From positions 2,496,001 to 2,560,000 of the forward strand of contig OY970296.1 in assembly GCA_963716175.1 (NCBI GenBank): a DNA stretch of 64,000 nt. Direction: 5' to 3'. Each line of letters opens with the position of its first letter. The stretch's first letter is position 1. Shown here one piece after another: positions 1-10,040 of the stretch. The translations under genes were made by a program, and so were the position numbers. A model generated the notes under the pieces. The model searched no databases. It was not told the origin of the DNA and was given only the letters and a program-made list of their open reading frames with translations. The stretch comes from an uncultured Armatimonadetes bacterium. GTDB lineage: Bacteria > Armatimonadota > Hebobacteria > Hebobacterales > Hebobacteraceae.

Positions 1-343
1 TTGGTCTGGCCAAGAGAACTGAGGCCGCGGCGCCGCAGAGCAGGACAAGCGCGAGTCGGCCCTGTGTGGAGCGGCACGGCCTGCGCAGGACCAGTACACG
101 CACACCAAGGGCCACCCCGAACGCGAGGTACAGGGTGAGCAGGAGGGGCCACACAAAGGACAGGAGCGGTGGAAGGTCGCGGCCGACCGGGGTAAGCCAG
201 TCAGGTCCGGGCATCAGTGGGAGAGCGACGGCGCCGAAGCACGCCAACAGAGGAGCTGTGGCCACGACGCACCATCGCAGCACCGTGACTGCGCGCCACC
301 CGGTGGCCCTGGCCTTCTGCCTGCCTGCGGTCTCCTCGGTCAT
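1..343 (-). CDS. hypothetical membrane protein, truncated by window edge
   Basis: Open frame from ATG at 343 (MTEETAGRQK...) with two hydrophobic stretches, running off the window. Confidence 0.4.
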   Translation of the reverse strand, partial: MTEETAGRQKARATGWRAVTVLRWCVVATAPLLACFGAVALPLMPGPDWLTPVGRDLPPLLSFVWPLLLTLYLAFGVALGVRVLVLRRPCRSTQGRLALVLLCGAAASVLLARP

Positions 344-447
344 CCTTCAGTGCTCGGCCCCTGCTCGGCACCGTGTCAGCTTAGAACGCCTACCGTGGAC
401 CGTCAAGCCTGCCCGCCGGCCGTGTGGCGGCGATCTGCCCTTCTGGC

Positions 448-1242
448 TCAGTGATGGTCTTCCCGCGCCCTCATCGGCCTTGCCTTGAACTCCCGGATCA
501 GGGCCGCTAGCTGCTCGGTCATAGCCCGATAGAGCGTTTCCCCCTTCTCCGCCGTCGCCTTCGTGGGATCGCCCAGCACCCCGGTGTGCGAGAAGGTGCT
601 CCACCATTCCATCATGCCGACTCTGGCGCCGCCCTCCAGGTCTTGCCACCAGAACTCGGAGGGCAGCATGTTGTTCTCGGCCTGCGCCAGCTCTCGCCGC
701 ACGCCCTCCGGCCGCAGATAGAGGTAGAGCGAGGTCTCGATCTCATCTGCATGGGCCACCCATCCCCTCGGGGATTCACGCACAGCATGAACGGCATCTC
801 GCGCGACCTCGAAGTAATCCAGGCCCGCGCAGATCACCGGGTTGTCCATGGTCGCCTGCCGCGCCGCCACCTCCACCAGGATGCGATTGGACCCGTGTCC
901 GTTTACTATCAGCACCTTCCTGAACCCGTGGTGCGCTACGCTCCTGATGATGTCGAGCAGGAACCGGACGAAGTTGTCCCAGGCAATGCCGATGGTTCCA
1001 GGGAAATCAATGTGGTGCCAGTTGAAGCCATAGCTGAGTTGGGGCATGAGCAGCACATCATCGGGCACGAGCTTCCCCGCTCCCTCGCAGACCTGCTGGC
1101 AGAGGAAGTTGTCCACGTCCAGCGGCAGATGAGTACCGTGCTGCTCGGTGGAGCCGACGGGCAGCACGATCACCCGCTCCTGGGCCGCCGCCTCCCGGAT
1201 CTCGGGCCAGGTCAGCTTGTCGTAGTGGTACTCCGCCATCAT
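448..1242 (-). CDS. creatininase / creatinine amidohydrolase family protein
   Basis: Motifs PVGSTEQHGTHLP, NGHGSN, HADEIETS, GVLGDP; RBS AGAGGAGG. Confidence 0.9.
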   Translation of the reverse strand: MMAEYHYDKLTWPEIREAAAQERVIVLPVGSTEQHGTHLPLDVDNFLCQQVCEGAGKLVPDDVLLMPQLSYGFNWHHIDFPGTIGIAWDNFVRFLLDIIRSVAHHGFRKVLIVNGHGSNRILVEVAARQATMDNPVICAGLDYFEVARDAVHAVRESPRGWVAHADEIETSLYLYLRPEGVRRELAQAENNMLPSEFWWQDLEGGARVGMMEWWSTFSHTGVLGDPTKATAEKGETLYRAMTEQLAALIREFKARPMRAREDHH

Positions 1243-1289
1243 CCCTCCTCTTCAGTCGCCTCCGGCGACTCCGCCGTGGGGCCAGGGAT

Positions 1290-2783
1290 CTACGCCTGCC
1301 ATTGCCGCAGAGCTCGGCTCACCTCCACGAACCGCTGGTAGGCGCGGTCCCAGGCCCCGACCTCCTTCGGCTCGTAGCGCTTGAGTGGGAAAGAAGTCCT
1401 CACGATCTCCCGCAGCTCGACGAGCGAGCTGATGTGCCCCAACCCCATCGCCTGCACCAGCAGATTGCCGATCGCGGTGGCCTCCGACGGCCCGGCAAGG
1501 ACGGGCAGCCCGCTGGCGTTGGCGGTGAACTGGCACAACGTGCCATTGCTCGATCCGCCGCCAATGACATGGACCCGGTTGATAGGGGAGGGGTGGATCT
1601 GGCGCAGCTCGTCCAGCACCATCCGGTACTTCAGGGCGAGGCCCTCCAGGATGCAGCGCACGAACTCGGCCGGCGTCTCTGGTCTGCTCTGCCCCGTCGC
1701 CTCGCAGTAGTGGCAGATCGCCTCCGGCATATCCCCCGGGTTCAAGAACCCGGCGTGGTCGGGGTCAATCAAGGCCCGGAAGGGCCGCCCGGAGGCCGCC
1801 ATTCCGGCGAGTTCTTCATAGCTGTAGACGCGCTCGCGCGTCCAGGCCCTTCTGCATTCCTGCACCAGCCACAAGCCGGTGACGTTCTTCAGCACCCGGA
1901 ACGTGTTGCCCACTCCGCCCTCGTTAGTGAGGTTGAAGTCGAGCGCTTGCTGGGTGATCACCGGCCGGTCGCTCTCGAACCCGACCAGCGACCAAGTTCC
2001 GGAGCTGATATAGGCCCAGTCGGTCCCCTCCCCCGGCGCCGCCGCCACTGCGGCCCCGGTGTCGTGGCTGGCAGTCGCGATCACGGGCACCGGCGGCAGT
2101 CCTGTTTCCTGGCAGATCGTGGGGCGAAGCTCCCCGATCACCGTCCCCGGCGGGACGACCTCCTGCATCAGCGCCTGCGGCACTCCGAGGGCCGTGAACA
2201 GCTCCGCCTCCCACCCTCCCTTGACTGGGTTGTAGAGCTGGGAGGTGGTCGCGATCGTGAACTCAGTCACCCTCTTGCCGGTGAGCAGGTAGCTCAGCAG
2301 GTCGGGGATCAGCAACAGCGCATCGGCCGCCGCCAGCAGGGGCGAGCGGTCGCGCGCCATCACATAGAGCTGGAACAGGGAGTTGATCGGCATCATCTGA
2401 ATGCCCGTCAGCTCGTAGAGCCTCCGGCGCGGCACTCGCTGGAAGAGCTCCTCGGGTGCGCCTTGCGTCCGCGGATCGCGGTAGGAGTAAGGCAGGCCGA
2501 GCAGGCTGCCGTCCGCAGCCACCAGCCCGAAGTCAACACCCCAGGTGTCCACCGCCAGGCTCTCGGGGCGTACCTGGAGGTCGCCGGCGCACGCCTCCAT
2601 GCCCTGCTTCATCTCCTGGTAGAGCTGCGCGATGTTCCAGTGGAGATGTCCCGCCAGCTCGACCATCTCATTGGGGAAGCGGTTCACCTCCCTGATGCTG
2701 AGCCGGCCCTGATCGAGCGTGCCGAGAATGCTGCGGCCGCCGGAGGCGCCCAGATCGAATGCTAGGAAGGACTTGGTGGGCAT
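1290..2783 (-). CDS. rhaB: rhamnulokinase-family sugar kinase (FGGY)
   Basis: AFDLGASGGR, DTWGVDFGL, ASHDTGAAV, ISSGTWSL, TNEGG, EATAIGN; likely start MPTKSF at 2783. Confidence 0.85.
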   Translation of the reverse strand: MPTKSFLAFDLGASGGRSILGTLDQGRLSIREVNRFPNEMVELAGHLHWNIAQLYQEMKQGMEACAGDLQVRPESLAVDTWGVDFGLVAADGSLLGLPYSYRDPRTQGAPEELFQRVPRRRLYELTGIQMMPINSLFQLYVMARDRSPLLAAADALLLIPDLLSYLLTGKRVTEFTIATTSQLYNPVKGGWEAELFTALGVPQALMQEVVPPGTVIGELRPTICQETGLPPVPVIATASHDTGAAVAAAPGEGTDWAYISSGTWSLVGFESDRPVITQQALDFNLTNEGGVGNTFRVLKNVTGLWLVQECRRAWTRERVYSYEELAGMAASGRPFRALIDPDHAGFLNPGDMPEAICHYCEATGQSRPETPAEFVRCILEGLALKYRMVLDELRQIHPSPINRVHVIGGGSSNGTLCQFTANASGLPVLAGPSEATAIGNLLVQAMGLGHISSLVELREIVRTSFPLKRYEPKEVGAWDRAYQRFVEVSRALRQWQA

Positions 2784-2794
2784 TCTGTCACCTG

Positions 2795-4480
2795 TCAGGT
2801 CCGTGATCGCCCGTCCCCGCACGAGCCGAGCAACGCGTTCTCAGCGCGGAGGTTCCACAAGCCACTGCTGAGCATAGGCGCGACGCTCGGCATTCTTTCT
2901 GCCATCTGCTCCAGCTTGATCAGCCCCAACCCCTGGCACGCGGGATAGACGATGATCTTGCCCGGAATTCCTCGCTTCTCCACCGCCGTCATGCCCTCCG
3001 GCGCTCCTTCCAGTCCGCAGATGGCGGCCACCGAGAGGTTGGTGTCGAGGGTACCGGCCTCCACCTTCGCCAGCACCGTCCTCATGTCCGCGAGCACCGA
3101 GCCGCTGGTCCCGGTGAGGTAGATCTGCTTCTCGATGTACCGGTCCAGGTCAATCTGCGCCGTCACCTCGGCCGGGATGCCGGCGAAGACGTTGACGATG
3201 GCATGGCGGTCAGAGCGCGCGACGGCTTCGCTCACCAAGGCCGGCGCCGGCACCATCAGGATGGTGTAGGTGAAGCTTTCGCTGGGGCCGGGCTCGCTGC
3301 TGTCCTGTGCCCGGAACGAGACCCCGTGCTCGCTGGCGAGCGGACCGGCAATCCGGCTCAGCGCCGCCAGCCGCTCGGCATCTATGTCGCTGGCAACTAT
3401 CGCCACATCGTCCAGTCCCAGGCAGATATCGCGGATGACGTGCATCACGCCCATCGGCCCCCCGGCCCCGATCACGTGGAGTCTGTCGTCGCGCCGGATC
3501 TCTCCCGAGGTCGGAATCGTGCCCATGGACAGGGCGGGGTCGTGTCCGCTGGTGCCGATGACTCTGATGCCGCCATAGTGCACGCGGCCCACAGCCACCG
3601 CCACGGGCCGGCCCAGCTGCCCGCCGCAGAGCACGACATTGAGGAGGCCGTGAGGCGCTAGCTTGGAGAACAGTCCTTCCACCGCCTCCGGGCGCGCGCC
3701 GAAGTAGATCGCATCATCGTAGCCGCCATCGGCTGCGTGATCTGGGTCAGAGACGCTGAACACCCGCGCCTCCAGTCGCGGAGGCGCAGAGGTGCGAGAG
3801 CACCAGGTGACCTCGGCGGGGTTGCCATAGCGTCTCAGGAATCCCGTGAGGGTCTGCTCGCGCATCGCCGCTTCGGCCACCACCAGCATCCGGCCCCCGG
3901 CCTTGAGAGTCCGGCGTTCCTGGGTGGCATAGGCGTCCTCCACACAGGCCCAGGGTTCGACCAGCGCGATCGCCGAGGCCGCGAACTGCTCCGAGGCGGG
4001 GATCAGCATGGGCTCACCCTCAGGCGAGGTGATCACCCGCTCATCCATCAACACGAATTCCTGAAGCGCCCCCTCGAAGTTGTAACCAAAGGCGGCATTG
4101 CCGTCGGCCGTGCGCAGCCAGCGGTAATCGGTCTGGACCAGATAGCGCTCGCCCGGTCTGAATCTGGTGACTGCGTCTCCCACTGCCCACACCCGCACCA
4201 CAGTCTCATGCCCGGGAACCGTGGGCGCCTCTCCAGGTACGTAGCTCGGGAGTTCCTTCAGCACCGCCGGCTCAATCCCCGAGACGATCTCACCTTTGCG
4301 GGCGTGGCGGGAGAACTGTTGCAGCAGCTTCAGGTCGGAGAAGCAGAGCCCTACTGCTTCCACCCGACACAGAACCTGATAGGGGCCGGGCGGCACTACG
4401 GGCTTCTTGTCATTCAGCCGCAGAGCATGCTGGCCGACAAGCTGGATCGCCCGCTGGGTGTCGGGGATCTCGAATCTCAA
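2795..4480 (-). CDS. elongated Zn-dependent (MDR) alcohol/sugar dehydrogenase
   Basis: GLCFSD, PGHE, ALVEPWACV, IGAGGPMG; TTG start overlaps the upstream TGA (TTGA) with RBS GGAGAGG. Confidence 0.75.
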   Translation of the reverse strand: MRFEIPDTQRAIQLVGQHALRLNDKKPVVPPGPYQVLCRVEAVGLCFSDLKLLQQFSRHARKGEIVSGIEPAVLKELPSYVPGEAPTVPGHETVVRVWAVGDAVTRFRPGERYLVQTDYRWLRTADGNAAFGYNFEGALQEFVLMDERVITSPEGEPMLIPASEQFAASAIALVEPWACVEDAYATQERRTLKAGGRMLVVAEAAMREQTLTGFLRRYGNPAEVTWCSRTSAPPRLEARVFSVSDPDHAADGGYDDAIYFGARPEAVEGLFSKLAPHGLLNVVLCGGQLGRPVAVAVGRVHYGGIRVIGTSGHDPALSMGTIPTSGEIRRDDRLHVIGAGGPMGVMHVIRDICLGLDDVAIVASDIDAERLAALSRIAGPLASEHGVSFRAQDSSEPGPSESFTYTILMVPAPALVSEAVARSDRHAIVNVFAGIPAEVTAQIDLDRYIEKQIYLTGTSGSVLADMRTVLAKVEAGTLDTNLSVAAICGLEGAPEGMTAVEKRGIPGKIIVYPACQGLGLIKLEQMAERMPSVAPMLSSGLWNLRAENALLGSCGDGRSRT

Positions 4481-5826
4481 GTCAGCCTCTCCAGTACCGC
4501 TTCCGGCCGCGCATCCTCGGGCAGTCCTGACAGCAGGCCCTCTTCGCCAGCTTCCAGCCGCCGCCCGACCTCCTGGAAGAACTCGCCGCGGGAGGCCAGG
4601 TCGGGGAAGTTCCCCTCGGCCCAAGGGCTAGTATAGCCCAGTCCGCTCTCCCGCTGGAGCACGGAATGCGCGTAGACGGCATAGGCGCTTCTCAGAAAAA
4701 CGGGCAGCAGAGGCGCAAGCTCGCTCGACTGAAAATCGTCAACCAGCTTCTGCCCGGGGCTGTTCATCTCCGTCCCCGCCACCACCAGCAGGCCCAGCGT
4801 CTCTGCCAGCTGCACCGCCTGGTACAGGTTCGCCAGCTTCACATCCGCACTTCCCGGAGTGTAGTTGCGGTCCGGGATGACGTTGATCGCCGCCACCCCG
4901 GTGCCCATGGCCACCCTTAGCAGCTGCTCGAGCCTGGCCTCGCCTTCGGACGTGCCATCCAGCCAGGTATGGGTGGGAATGCCGCCGGCCGCGAGGATGA
5001 ACCGGTTGGTCTCAGCCAGCTCCGGAAAAGCCCCCTCCCCTGGTTGCACATAGCCCACGCCGCCCCGCTTCATGGTCTTCGCTCTGATCTGCAGCTCGAG
5101 TGCAGCGCTGGTAGGCAAGTCGAGTTCGCTGGCATCAACTCCCAGCTTCTCACTCCAGAATCGCCCCAACTCGGTGCCATCCGGGAAGACCACGCGTGCC
5201 TTGAGAGCATAGGCGTGGCAGATGTGCCGTTCGGTGGCATTGCCCGAGGGTGTCAGCGGCAGCACCTCCCGGTCGTAGTCGAGAGTCACCGGTCTGAGGT
5301 ACTCGTTTACCCGCCGCATCAGGTCCCGGTTTCTCTGCTCGGAGGTGCGCCGGAGTCGCGATAGGAATGCCTGCTGCGAATCCGGCACCCGCGAAGTGGG
5401 GAACCCCACTCCCATGTGATAGGAGATCCCCGGCTCTCCCGGCGAGTTGATCACTTTATCGGCGAACTCCGGGATGTACACCCTGGTCTCCAGGCCCACA
5501 CAGGTCTTGAGCCTCAGCCTCCGTCCCGCCTCTTGGAACTCCTCCAGGCCATCGAGCACGTCGAAATCAACTATCCCCGCAACCGACAGCCCCAGCCTGC
5601 GTGCCAGCCACGCGAACGCGGTGGGTGAATAGCCATAGGAATTGTAGGAGAAGAAGGTATGGCAGTGCAGGTTCACGTCATTGCCGGCCGCGGGCAGATG
5701 GATGTGATCGCGCTCCACCATTGCCATTAGACCGGCGAGCGCTTCCTTCCGATGGAAGGGATCGAAGTGGTTCAGCTTGTTTTCCAGAGCTGCCACATCG
5801 GCGGAAAACTCGGCAGCAGAGCGCAT
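4477..5826 (-). CDS. PHP-domain (phosphoesterase-like) protein
   Basis: VNLHCHTFFS, GIVDFD, GLETR, AGTEMNS motifs; likely start MRSAAEF after GGGGAGAGAG. Confidence 0.7.
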   Translation of the reverse strand: MRSAAEFSADVAALENKLNHFDPFHRKEALAGLMAMVERDHIHLPAAGNDVNLHCHTFFSYNSYGYSPTAFAWLARRLGLSVAGIVDFDVLDGLEEFQEAGRRLRLKTCVGLETRVYIPEFADKVINSPGEPGISYHMGVGFPTSRVPDSQQAFLSRLRRTSEQRNRDLMRRVNEYLRPVTLDYDREVLPLTPSGNATERHICHAYALKARVVFPDGTELGRFWSEKLGVDASELDLPTSAALELQIRAKTMKRGGVGYVQPGEGAFPELAETNRFILAAGGIPTHTWLDGTSEGEARLEQLLRVAMGTGVAAINVIPDRNYTPGSADVKLANLYQAVQLAETLGLLVVAGTEMNSPGQKLVDDFQSSELAPLLPVFLRSAYAVYAHSVLQRESGLGYTSPWAEGNFPDLASRGEFFQEVGRRLEAGEEGLLSGLPEDARPEAVLERLT

Positions 5827-6078
5827 CTCTCTCCCCGTGTGCTGCGACTCCGTGCTGACGGCGTGCCTCCGTTGCCGCGGAATCTCTGGGTCGAAACCAC
5901 CACATAGTTCGAGTGTAGCCATGGGCAACCTTCCGCTCCAGGTGGAGGCCGATCGGCCCTGGGCGGCATGATCTGGGGCGGCAGGTCGGCGGGGTGATGG
6001 CCCGAAATAACGGTGGCGGGCAGGGAGCCGGCGGCTCCCTGCCAGGCGGTATGGAGCAGATCGGGATAGGACCACATC

Positions 6079-7150
6079 ATGATGCCCATCGAATCTATCC
6101 CCGACTGGGAGCAGCGCCTGGCGCGGCAGGATGCCTTTTGGAGCCGCGCCATCATTGATCGGCCGGTGGTCTGCATCACCATCCCGAAGACAGGGCCGCG
6201 GCAGCCGTGGCCGCAATCCCACCACACCACCTTGCGCGACCGCTGGATGGACGCGCAATATGCCGCGGAGATCGCCCTGGCCACCGCGCTGGACACAGAC
6301 TACCTGGGTGATGCGCTCCCACATGCCCACCCCAACCTGGGGCCGGAGGTGTTCAGCGCCTTCTTCGGGTGTGAGCTGGAGTTCGGAGAGGACACCTCCT
6401 GGTCCGTTCCCATCCTGAGCGACTGGGCTGATGTGGGCAAGATCAGGTTCAACCCGGAGAGTATCTACTGGAAGAAGATCATCGAGATCACCGATGCCAT
6501 GTTGGAGGCCGGCAAGGGCCGGTTCTACACCGGCCTGACTGACTTCCACCCGGGCGGCGATGCCATCGCCGCCTTCCGCGACCCGGCGCAGCTGAACCTT
6601 GATATGATGGAGAGAGTGGAACAGGTCAAGGCCCTGCTCTCCTATATAACCGAGACCTATCTTCAGGTCTACGATTTCTTCCACCGGAAGTTGACGTCGG
6701 CCGGCCAGGCGATCTGCACCTGGATCGGAATCGTCTCCACCAAGAAATGGCTGGTCCCGTCAAACGACTTCTCGTGCATGGTCTCGCCCAAGATGTTCCA
6801 GGAAGTCTTTCTTCCCAGCATCGTAGCTGAGTGCCAGCATTACGATGCTTGCATCTATCATCTGGACGGGCCCAGCGCGCTCAAACACCTGGACAGCCTG
6901 CTGGCGATCGAGGAGCTCAGCGCGATCCAGTGGGTATACGGCGCCGGAAACGGCCGCGCCTCGGATTGGCTGCCGGTCTACCGGAAGTGCCAGGCCGCCG
7001 GGAAGGGGCTGCAGATCCACCTGGACTTGGATGAGCTTGACCTGTTCATGGCCAGCCTCAGGCCCGGAGGGGCTCTGGCTTGGCATCAGTGGAGTTCAGG
7101 ATCGCGAGCAGGCCGAGGCCATCCTCAGGAGAATGGCGCAGTGGAGATGA
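6079..7150 (+). CDS. UroD/MtaA-like TIM-barrel protein, frameshifted near 7065
   Basis: TDFHPGGD, SNDFSCMVSP, YHLDGP, IQWVYGAG; natural C-terminus (PEGLWLGISGV...MAQWR*) lies in another frame. Confidence 0.7.
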
Positions 7151-7185
7151 GCCTTCTGGCCTCGGGCTATCGCGGCCGCACCGGG

Positions 7186-8556
7186 TCAGGCGAACTGCGG
7201 CAGCAGCTCCCGTGACGCGGCCAGCAGTTCGTCCAGCATGGCCGTCGCCTTCTCCGGCAGGACCGCCATCTCATCCAGCAGCAGGGCTTGCAGCGCCAGC
7301 TTCCGGTCGCCCTTCACCCCGGCCTCCACTACCAGCTCCTGCCAGGCGATCCGCTTCTGGAGCAGACCCATGAGAGAGAGCGGGGCCTCGCCGGCGTAGA
7401 CTCCGCGCACTCCACAGCTATCAGTCACCCCTTCCACCTCGAGGATGGAGTAGTCGGGAAGGTTGGGAACAACACCTCGATTGGGGATGTTGACGATCCG
7501 CACTTCCCGGCGCCCGGTTGCTATCGCCTCGATCAGGCTGGCGATGCCCTCGCCGCGGATCGCGCTGGGCTCGGGCTCCGGCAGCCCCCGCTGGTCGAGC
7601 CGCTGCTGGAACTCCTGCAACTGCTGCTTCCGCAGCGCCGCGCGCTTGGCGGCCGAGAGCTTCGCGGGCCGCCTCCGCTTCAGCTCGGCGAAGTGCGGCC
7701 CGATTCGCTCACCGTAGCCATACGGGATTTCCATGGGGTCCCTCACCTGGGCGAGGAAGGGATAGAACTCCAGCTCGTGGCCGTCCTCCTGGTAGACCAG
7801 GCGAAAGCCGTAGATCTCAGAGAGCGCGGCTGACAACTCCTCTGCGTGCGGCGGCTTACGCTTCGCCGCCCTCCGCATCACCTCAGGATAGACGTCCTTG
7901 CCGTGCAGGCGAATGCGGGTGAACCAGTAGTAGTGATTGGTGCCGATCCAGACTGTCTCCAGTTCCTCCGGCTCCACCCCCAGCAGCTCCGCCACTTGCA
8001 TCACGCCGTGCTGCACCCCGTGGCAGATTCCGATCACCCTCTCCAGTCCACCGTACTTGATCATGGCCCGGCAGAGCACGGCCATCGGGTTGGAGTGATT
8101 CAGCAGCACCACCTCAGGACAGCGCTTGTGCATCTCCTTGCAGATCGCCAGGTAGGCGGGAATGCTGCGCAGCCCCATCATCATCCCGGCCGGGCCGCCG
8201 GTGTCGCCCACCATCTGGTAGATCCCGTAGCGAGCTGGGATCAGGATGTCAGCGCTGTGCGCGGCCGTGCCATAGACCCCGCCCATGGAGGGCCCGGAAC
8301 CACCGATCGAGGAGATGGCAAAATCGGCCCCGTCCACCGCCTCCGCCAGGCCAGCGCAGGCGCGCACCCGCAGCCCCGTGCCGCTCATCTGGGCCAGGCG
8401 CTTGCCCAGCCGCGCCATCAGCCTGGCCTTGTCCGCGTCGATGTCATAGAGCGTGATCTCGCTCTCGGCCAGGCCGGGTGTGATCGCCAGGTCACCCAGT
8501 GCCCTGGGAAAGTAGAAGCTACCCGCGCCCAAGCACACGATCTTCTTGCGAGGCAT
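7186..8556 (-). CDS. glycoside hydrolase family 4 (NAD+-dependent alpha-galactosidase-like)
   Basis: KIVCLGAGS, GDTGGPAG, NHSNPM, GICHG, GTNHYYW. Confidence 0.9.
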   Translation of the reverse strand: MPRKKIVCLGAGSFYFPRALGDLAITPGLAESEITLYDIDADKARLMARLGKRLAQMSGTGLRVRACAGLAEAVDGADFAISSIGGSGPSMGGVYGTAAHSADILIPARYGIYQMVGDTGGPAGMMMGLRSIPAYLAICKEMHKRCPEVVLLNHSNPMAVLCRAMIKYGGLERVIGICHGVQHGVMQVAELLGVEPEELETVWIGTNHYYWFTRIRLHGKDVYPEVMRRAAKRKPPHAEELSAALSEIYGFRLVYQEDGHELEFYPFLAQVRDPMEIPYGYGERIGPHFAELKRRRPAKLSAAKRAALRKQQLQEFQQRLDQRGLPEPEPSAIRGEGIASLIEAIATGRREVRIVNIPNRGVVPNLPDYSILEVEGVTDSCGVRGVYAGEAPLSLMGLLQKRIAWQELVVEAGVKGDRKLALQALLLDEMAVLPEKATAMLDELLAASRELLPQFA

Positions 8557-8574
8557 CAGCTTGCGCTCCCTAAT

Positions 8575-8670
8575 GGCGTTCGCACAAAGAAGTAATGTGC
8601 GAACGCCGCTCTGGGCCCATCTGAACAGTTGCCTGAGCTTCGCCTCGTTGCTTCTTTGGGCGAAGCTCAG
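8575..8670. repeat. paired-hairpin repeat (GAAGTAA-loop family), copy A
   Basis: GGCGTTCGCACA-aagaagtaa-TGTGCGAACGCC, 25 nt spacer, CTGAGCTTCGCC-tcgttgcttctttg-GGCGAAGCTCAG. Confidence 0.8.
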
Positions 8671-8775
8671 TAGATGCTGAGATGTGACTCTGCTCACTCT
8701 TCTGGCCCCAGGCTGCGCGTCCTGCCCGTGCATCTCTGCTATACTGAGCCAGGCTTCAAGACCGGAGGCAAACCT

Positions 8776-10002
8776 GTGAGCAACGAGGATCTGCTGAACC
8801 CGGACGCGGCGCTCGCCATCATCCTGGAATCCGTGAACCAGGTGGGCGTCGGGCGCGCGAATCTGCGCCAGGCCCTGGGGCGGACGCTGGCGGAGGACAT
8901 TCGCGCGCAGCAGGACCTGCCTCCGTTTGCCAACTCCGCCATGGACGGCTATGCCGTCGTTGCCTCTGACACGCGGGGAGCCAGCCGGCAGTCACCCTGC
9001 CGACTGCGAGTGCTTGCGGAGCAGCCGGCCGGCAAGATAGTGACTGCCGCGGTGATCCCGGGAAGCGCGGTGCGCATCATGACCGGCGCAGCGCTGCCCC
9101 CCGGCGCCGACGCGGTGGTGATAGTGGAGAGCACCGAAGCGAAGGATGACCTCGTTCTCATCTATGACGAAGCCGCCCCCGGCGCGAACGTGCGGCCCGC
9201 GGGCGAGGATGTGATCCAGGGCCAACTGGTCCTGAAGGCGGGCACGCGAATCGGGCCCGCGGAGATGGGGATGCTGGCCGCGCTGGGCAGGGAGGAGGTT
9301 GATGTCTTCCGCAAGCCCCGGGTGGCGATCATCACCACTGGCGACGAGATTGTGGATGTCTCACGGCCTCTCGCGCCGGGGCAGATACGCGACGCCAATC
9401 AGTACTCGCTAGTGGGCGCGGTGATGGCCGTGGGAGCAGATCCTGCCATGGTGCGGCGGGTGGCGGATGAGCGCGAGGAACTGGCGGCTGTGCTGCTCGC
9501 CGCCGCGGAAAGCGGTGACGCTATTGTCACCTCGGGCGGCGTATCCGTCGGCGCCTTCGATTTCGTGAAGGAGACCCTGGGCCGGCTGGGGGAGGTGCGA
9601 TTCTGGAGGATCGCGATGAAGCCGGGCAAGCCGCTGGCCTTCGGGTTCATCGCTGGCAAACCACTCTTCGGGCTGCCAGGCAATCCTGTGTCCTCTATGG
9701 TCACCTTCGATCTCTTCGTGCGGCCCGCGCTGTTGCGCATGGCGGGGGTCAAAGACGTTAGACCTTCGGTGGTCACCGGTGTCTGTTCGGAGGCGGTATC
9801 GCACAGGCCCGGCCGGCGCGAGTTCGTGCGAGCTCAGGCCGCCTGGAGCGATGGCCGGTACCTGGCGACGCCCACGGGGCCGCAGGGGTCGGGACGCCTG
9901 AGTTCAATGCTGAACGCGAACTGCTACCTGGTCATCCCCGAGGGCCGCGGCGATGTCGCCGCCGGTGAGACGGTGGAGATCATTCTGTGGGAGTGGGTCT
10001 AA
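8776..10002 (+). CDS. moeA: molybdopterin molybdotransferase
   Basis: PPFANSAMDGYA, RIMTGA, TTGDE, SGGVSVG, KPGKP, GLPGNPVS; GTG start after GGAGG. Confidence 0.95.
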   Translation: MSNEDLLNPDAALAIILESVNQVGVGRANLRQALGRTLAEDIRAQQDLPPFANSAMDGYAVVASDTRGASRQSPCRLRVLAEQPAGKIVTAAVIPGSAVRIMTGAALPPGADAVVIVESTEAKDDLVLIYDEAAPGANVRPAGEDVIQGQLVLKAGTRIGPAEMGMLAALGREEVDVFRKPRVAIITTGDEIVDVSRPLAPGQIRDANQYSLVGAVMAVGADPAMVRRVADEREELAAVLLAAAESGDAIVTSGGVSVGAFDFVKETLGRLGEVRFWRIAMKPGKPLAFGFIAGKPLFGLPGNPVSSMVTFDLFVRPALLRMAGVKDVRPSVVTGVCSEAVSHRPGRREFVRAQAAWSDGRYLATPTGPQGSGRLSSMLNANCYLVIPEGRGDVAAGETVEIILWEWV

Positions 10003-10040
10003 GGCCCGCGCCGGGGCGGAGGGCCCCGCGGGCGGGGTGG

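Noticed and set aside
5827-6684. N-terminal extension of the 735-aa minus-strand ORF
   Set aside because: It is antisense to the real UroD-like gene; PHP similarity and an RBS begin near 5826
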